The position numbers and the translations under genes are program-made. A stretch of DNA of 23,688 bases, from NCBI RefSeq assembly GCF_004010195.1, contig NC_057719.1, positions 23,068,618 to 23,092,305 of the forward strand, read 5' to 3'. Shown here in pieces: positions 22,072 to 23,688 of the stretch (position 1 is its first letter; each line of letters starts with the position of its first letter). The notes beneath the pieces were generated by a model. The model saw only the letters and a program-made list of their open reading frames with translations, was not told the origin of the DNA and did not search any database. Source of the stretch: Chiloscyllium plagiosum. Its lineage: Eukaryota.

Positions 22072-22739
22072 TGTTGGGCTTTGGCTCAATCTACCAATTT
22101 AAATTTACTTTCTTCTATGTGTGAGCCAAGTCCTGCGTGTTCTTTTAAATGAAGCAATAGGAGAAGATATTCGGTCTCACACTCTTAATTTTATTTTACA
22201 CAGTAAGTGAACAAAGCATTCAGAGCTCTGGGTCTAAACCTCTTTGTCCCTGACAAACTACAAAGTGTATCAGTTCAAAAAGTAAGACCTCGTTTTATCC
22301 CTGCCCCAGTCTTTTTTACAATAAAAAATGTCATATAAACACTGAGGTAGAATTATCTTCTGATTGGGTGTTGGTCTGACTCCATTCCCCGCCTCCTCGC
22401 ATTCCTAGCTATCTGACCCCACGTGACCTTCTTTTGTCCGCGAAATGGAGCATCACGTGACCTCCTCGACCCACTTCCGAGGCGTGAAACGGAACATCAC
22501 GTGATCGCCCGCCCTCTTCCGGGGCGCGAAACGGGACGTCACGTGACCGCCCCGCACTCTTCCGGGGCGCGAGACGTGGACGCCACGTGACCGCCCCGCA
22601 CTCTTCCGGGTGCGAGACGGGGACGTCACGTGACCATCCCCCCCTGCTTGGGTTACAGAGTCACCACAGGGTTTTGAGTGCTGAATCCATCCAGAGTCAC
22701 AGCCAGCCTTCTGTTTTTAAAGTAAGGGATATATTTACA
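22072..22739 (-). mobile_element. 3' LTR of an endogenous retrovirus (668 bp)
   Basis: The minus strand begins TGTAAATAT just after the PPT and ends CCCAACA at the microsatellite junction. CCAAT (22363-22367), GATAAAA TATA-like box (22293-22299) and AATAAA (22190-22195) occur in U3-R-U5 order. Confidence 0.85.
22415..22636. promoter_or_regulatory. U3 tandem enhancer-like repeats (~43 bp) with six CACGTG E-boxes
   Basis: CACGTG at 22420, 22454, 22498, 22540, 22584 and 22627. Most units also carry CTTCCG (ETS-like) and GCG(C/T)GA(A/G)A (E2F-like). Confidence 0.75.
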
Positions 22740-22741
22740 AG

Positions 22742-22751
22742 TCCCCCTTTT
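22742..22751 (-). other. Retroviral polypurine tract
   Basis: Minus-strand AAAAGGGGGA followed by CT and the LTR TGT, about 33 nt after the env stop. Confidence 0.85.
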
Positions 22752-22783
22752 GGTCTCATGAAAATGAGACCAACCAACCAGTT

Positions 22784-23688
22784 CTATACATCATATTCGC
22801 TCTCTGATGCATAGTCCTCCCTCCTTGCTAAAGCCATGGTTTCTGTCTCCATCTGTGACATCTGGTAAGACGGGGGAGCCTTCCCTTCAATTGCTGTAAT
22901 GATTACCCTGTTTAACAAAGATCTAATACAGGGAATATAACAACATCCGCACAACACTAACACAATAATCATACCTCCGAGGGACATAAACACAGAGGCA
23001 ATTAATCCCTTCCATTTCCCAAACCATGAATCGAACAGTCCTCCTAGAGGGTTGTAAATACCCGAGTGTTCATGCATTTCTTCAGACAAAATTCTTAGTC
23101 CTTCCAAGGCTCTGGTGACCGAACCATCAGGTGCCATATTGTTGGGGATGAACGTACAACATTGATCTCCAAACATAGAGCACACTCCCCCCTTTTCTGC
23201 TAACAACATATCTAAGGCCATTCTATTTTGAACTGTCATCAATGAGGTTGCTGCCAATTGTTCAGAAAGTCCCGCCACCGCATCTCTAGTTCTATTGGCG
23301 AGCCTAAGTACATTGTAATGTACATAATTAATTCGGTCAACGTTTTTATTCGGCGTAACTGGGAATAAAACCCCGATAATTGGGAGATTCTCAAACCCTG
23401 CTGCTATCTGGTCTGCTAATTTATATTCATCAGGTACACCACGGGGAACACCTATTGCATCTATGTAAGTGGTTGAGCCAGATGTAACATCAAACAAATC
23501 CCTACGAATTCGTGTATATGGATTTATTCCCTGTCGTCGTTCTCCGAAAAGGAATAAGGGTACCCCTAACCTAACCATTGCACAGGTTCCAGACCAATCT
23601 GGAGGTAGACTAATATGCAGTGTTCTATCTCCACACTACCAAAAAAGATCAGCTCTGGCCCAAACCATTGTGCTAGCGTTCTGCCAGC
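22784..23688 (-). pseudogene. env: Endogenous retrovirus envelope (SU C-terminus plus complete TM subunit) with an in-frame stop at 23636-23638; continues beyond the window
   Basis: Reads RADLFW*CGDRTLHISLPPDWSGTCAMVRL, then furin site RIRR (23501-23512), ISD QNRMALDMLLAEKGGVC, CX6CC (CSMFGDQCC), hydrophobic anchor LIASVFMSLGGMIIVLVLCGCC and a cytoplasmic tail. It is followed by PPT and LTR. Confidence 0.93.

Noticed and set aside
20724..22152. Many overlapping His/Thr- and Cys/Val-rich ORFs
   Set aside because: Artefacts of the CA/TG microsatellite, which lacks stop codons.
22415..22636. Regularly spaced repeats resembling a CRISPR array
   Set aside because: The 'spacers' are homologous to each other (a tandem repeat), the context is a eukaryotic LTR, and there are no cas genes.
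22784..23578. Intact domesticated syncytin-like gene
   Set aside because: There is an in-frame stop upstream, no signal peptide at this ATG, and an intact proviral PPT/LTR context; there is no evidence of domestication.

Overview
Repeat-dense vertebrate genomic DNA, inferred to be cartilaginous fish (shark) from HE1-like tRNA SINEs and HER1/CR1-like LINEs. It has three N gaps (8802-9600, 9796-10295, about 16467-16886) and no confidently identifiable host gene. The right end holds the 3' part of an endogenous retrovirus on the minus strand: an env with furin site RIRR, immunosuppressive domain, CX6CC and membrane anchor but an in-frame TAG at 23636-23638, then a polypurine tract overlapped by a perfect 10-bp hairpin, then a 668-bp TGT...ACA LTR whose U3 carries six CACGTG E-boxes in ~43-bp repeats. 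The window also has many Penelope-like (PLE) insertions with 11-15 bp target-site duplications (TSDs). Several are fold-back palindromes and carry minimal hammerhead-ribozyme cores (CTGANGA-stem-GAAACGTC). The rest is CR1, Rex/Babar, Gypsy and MITE remnants, a 21-bp minisatellite and a 1.26-kb CA/TA microsatellite. Family assignments come from motif recognition by eye, not database searches.
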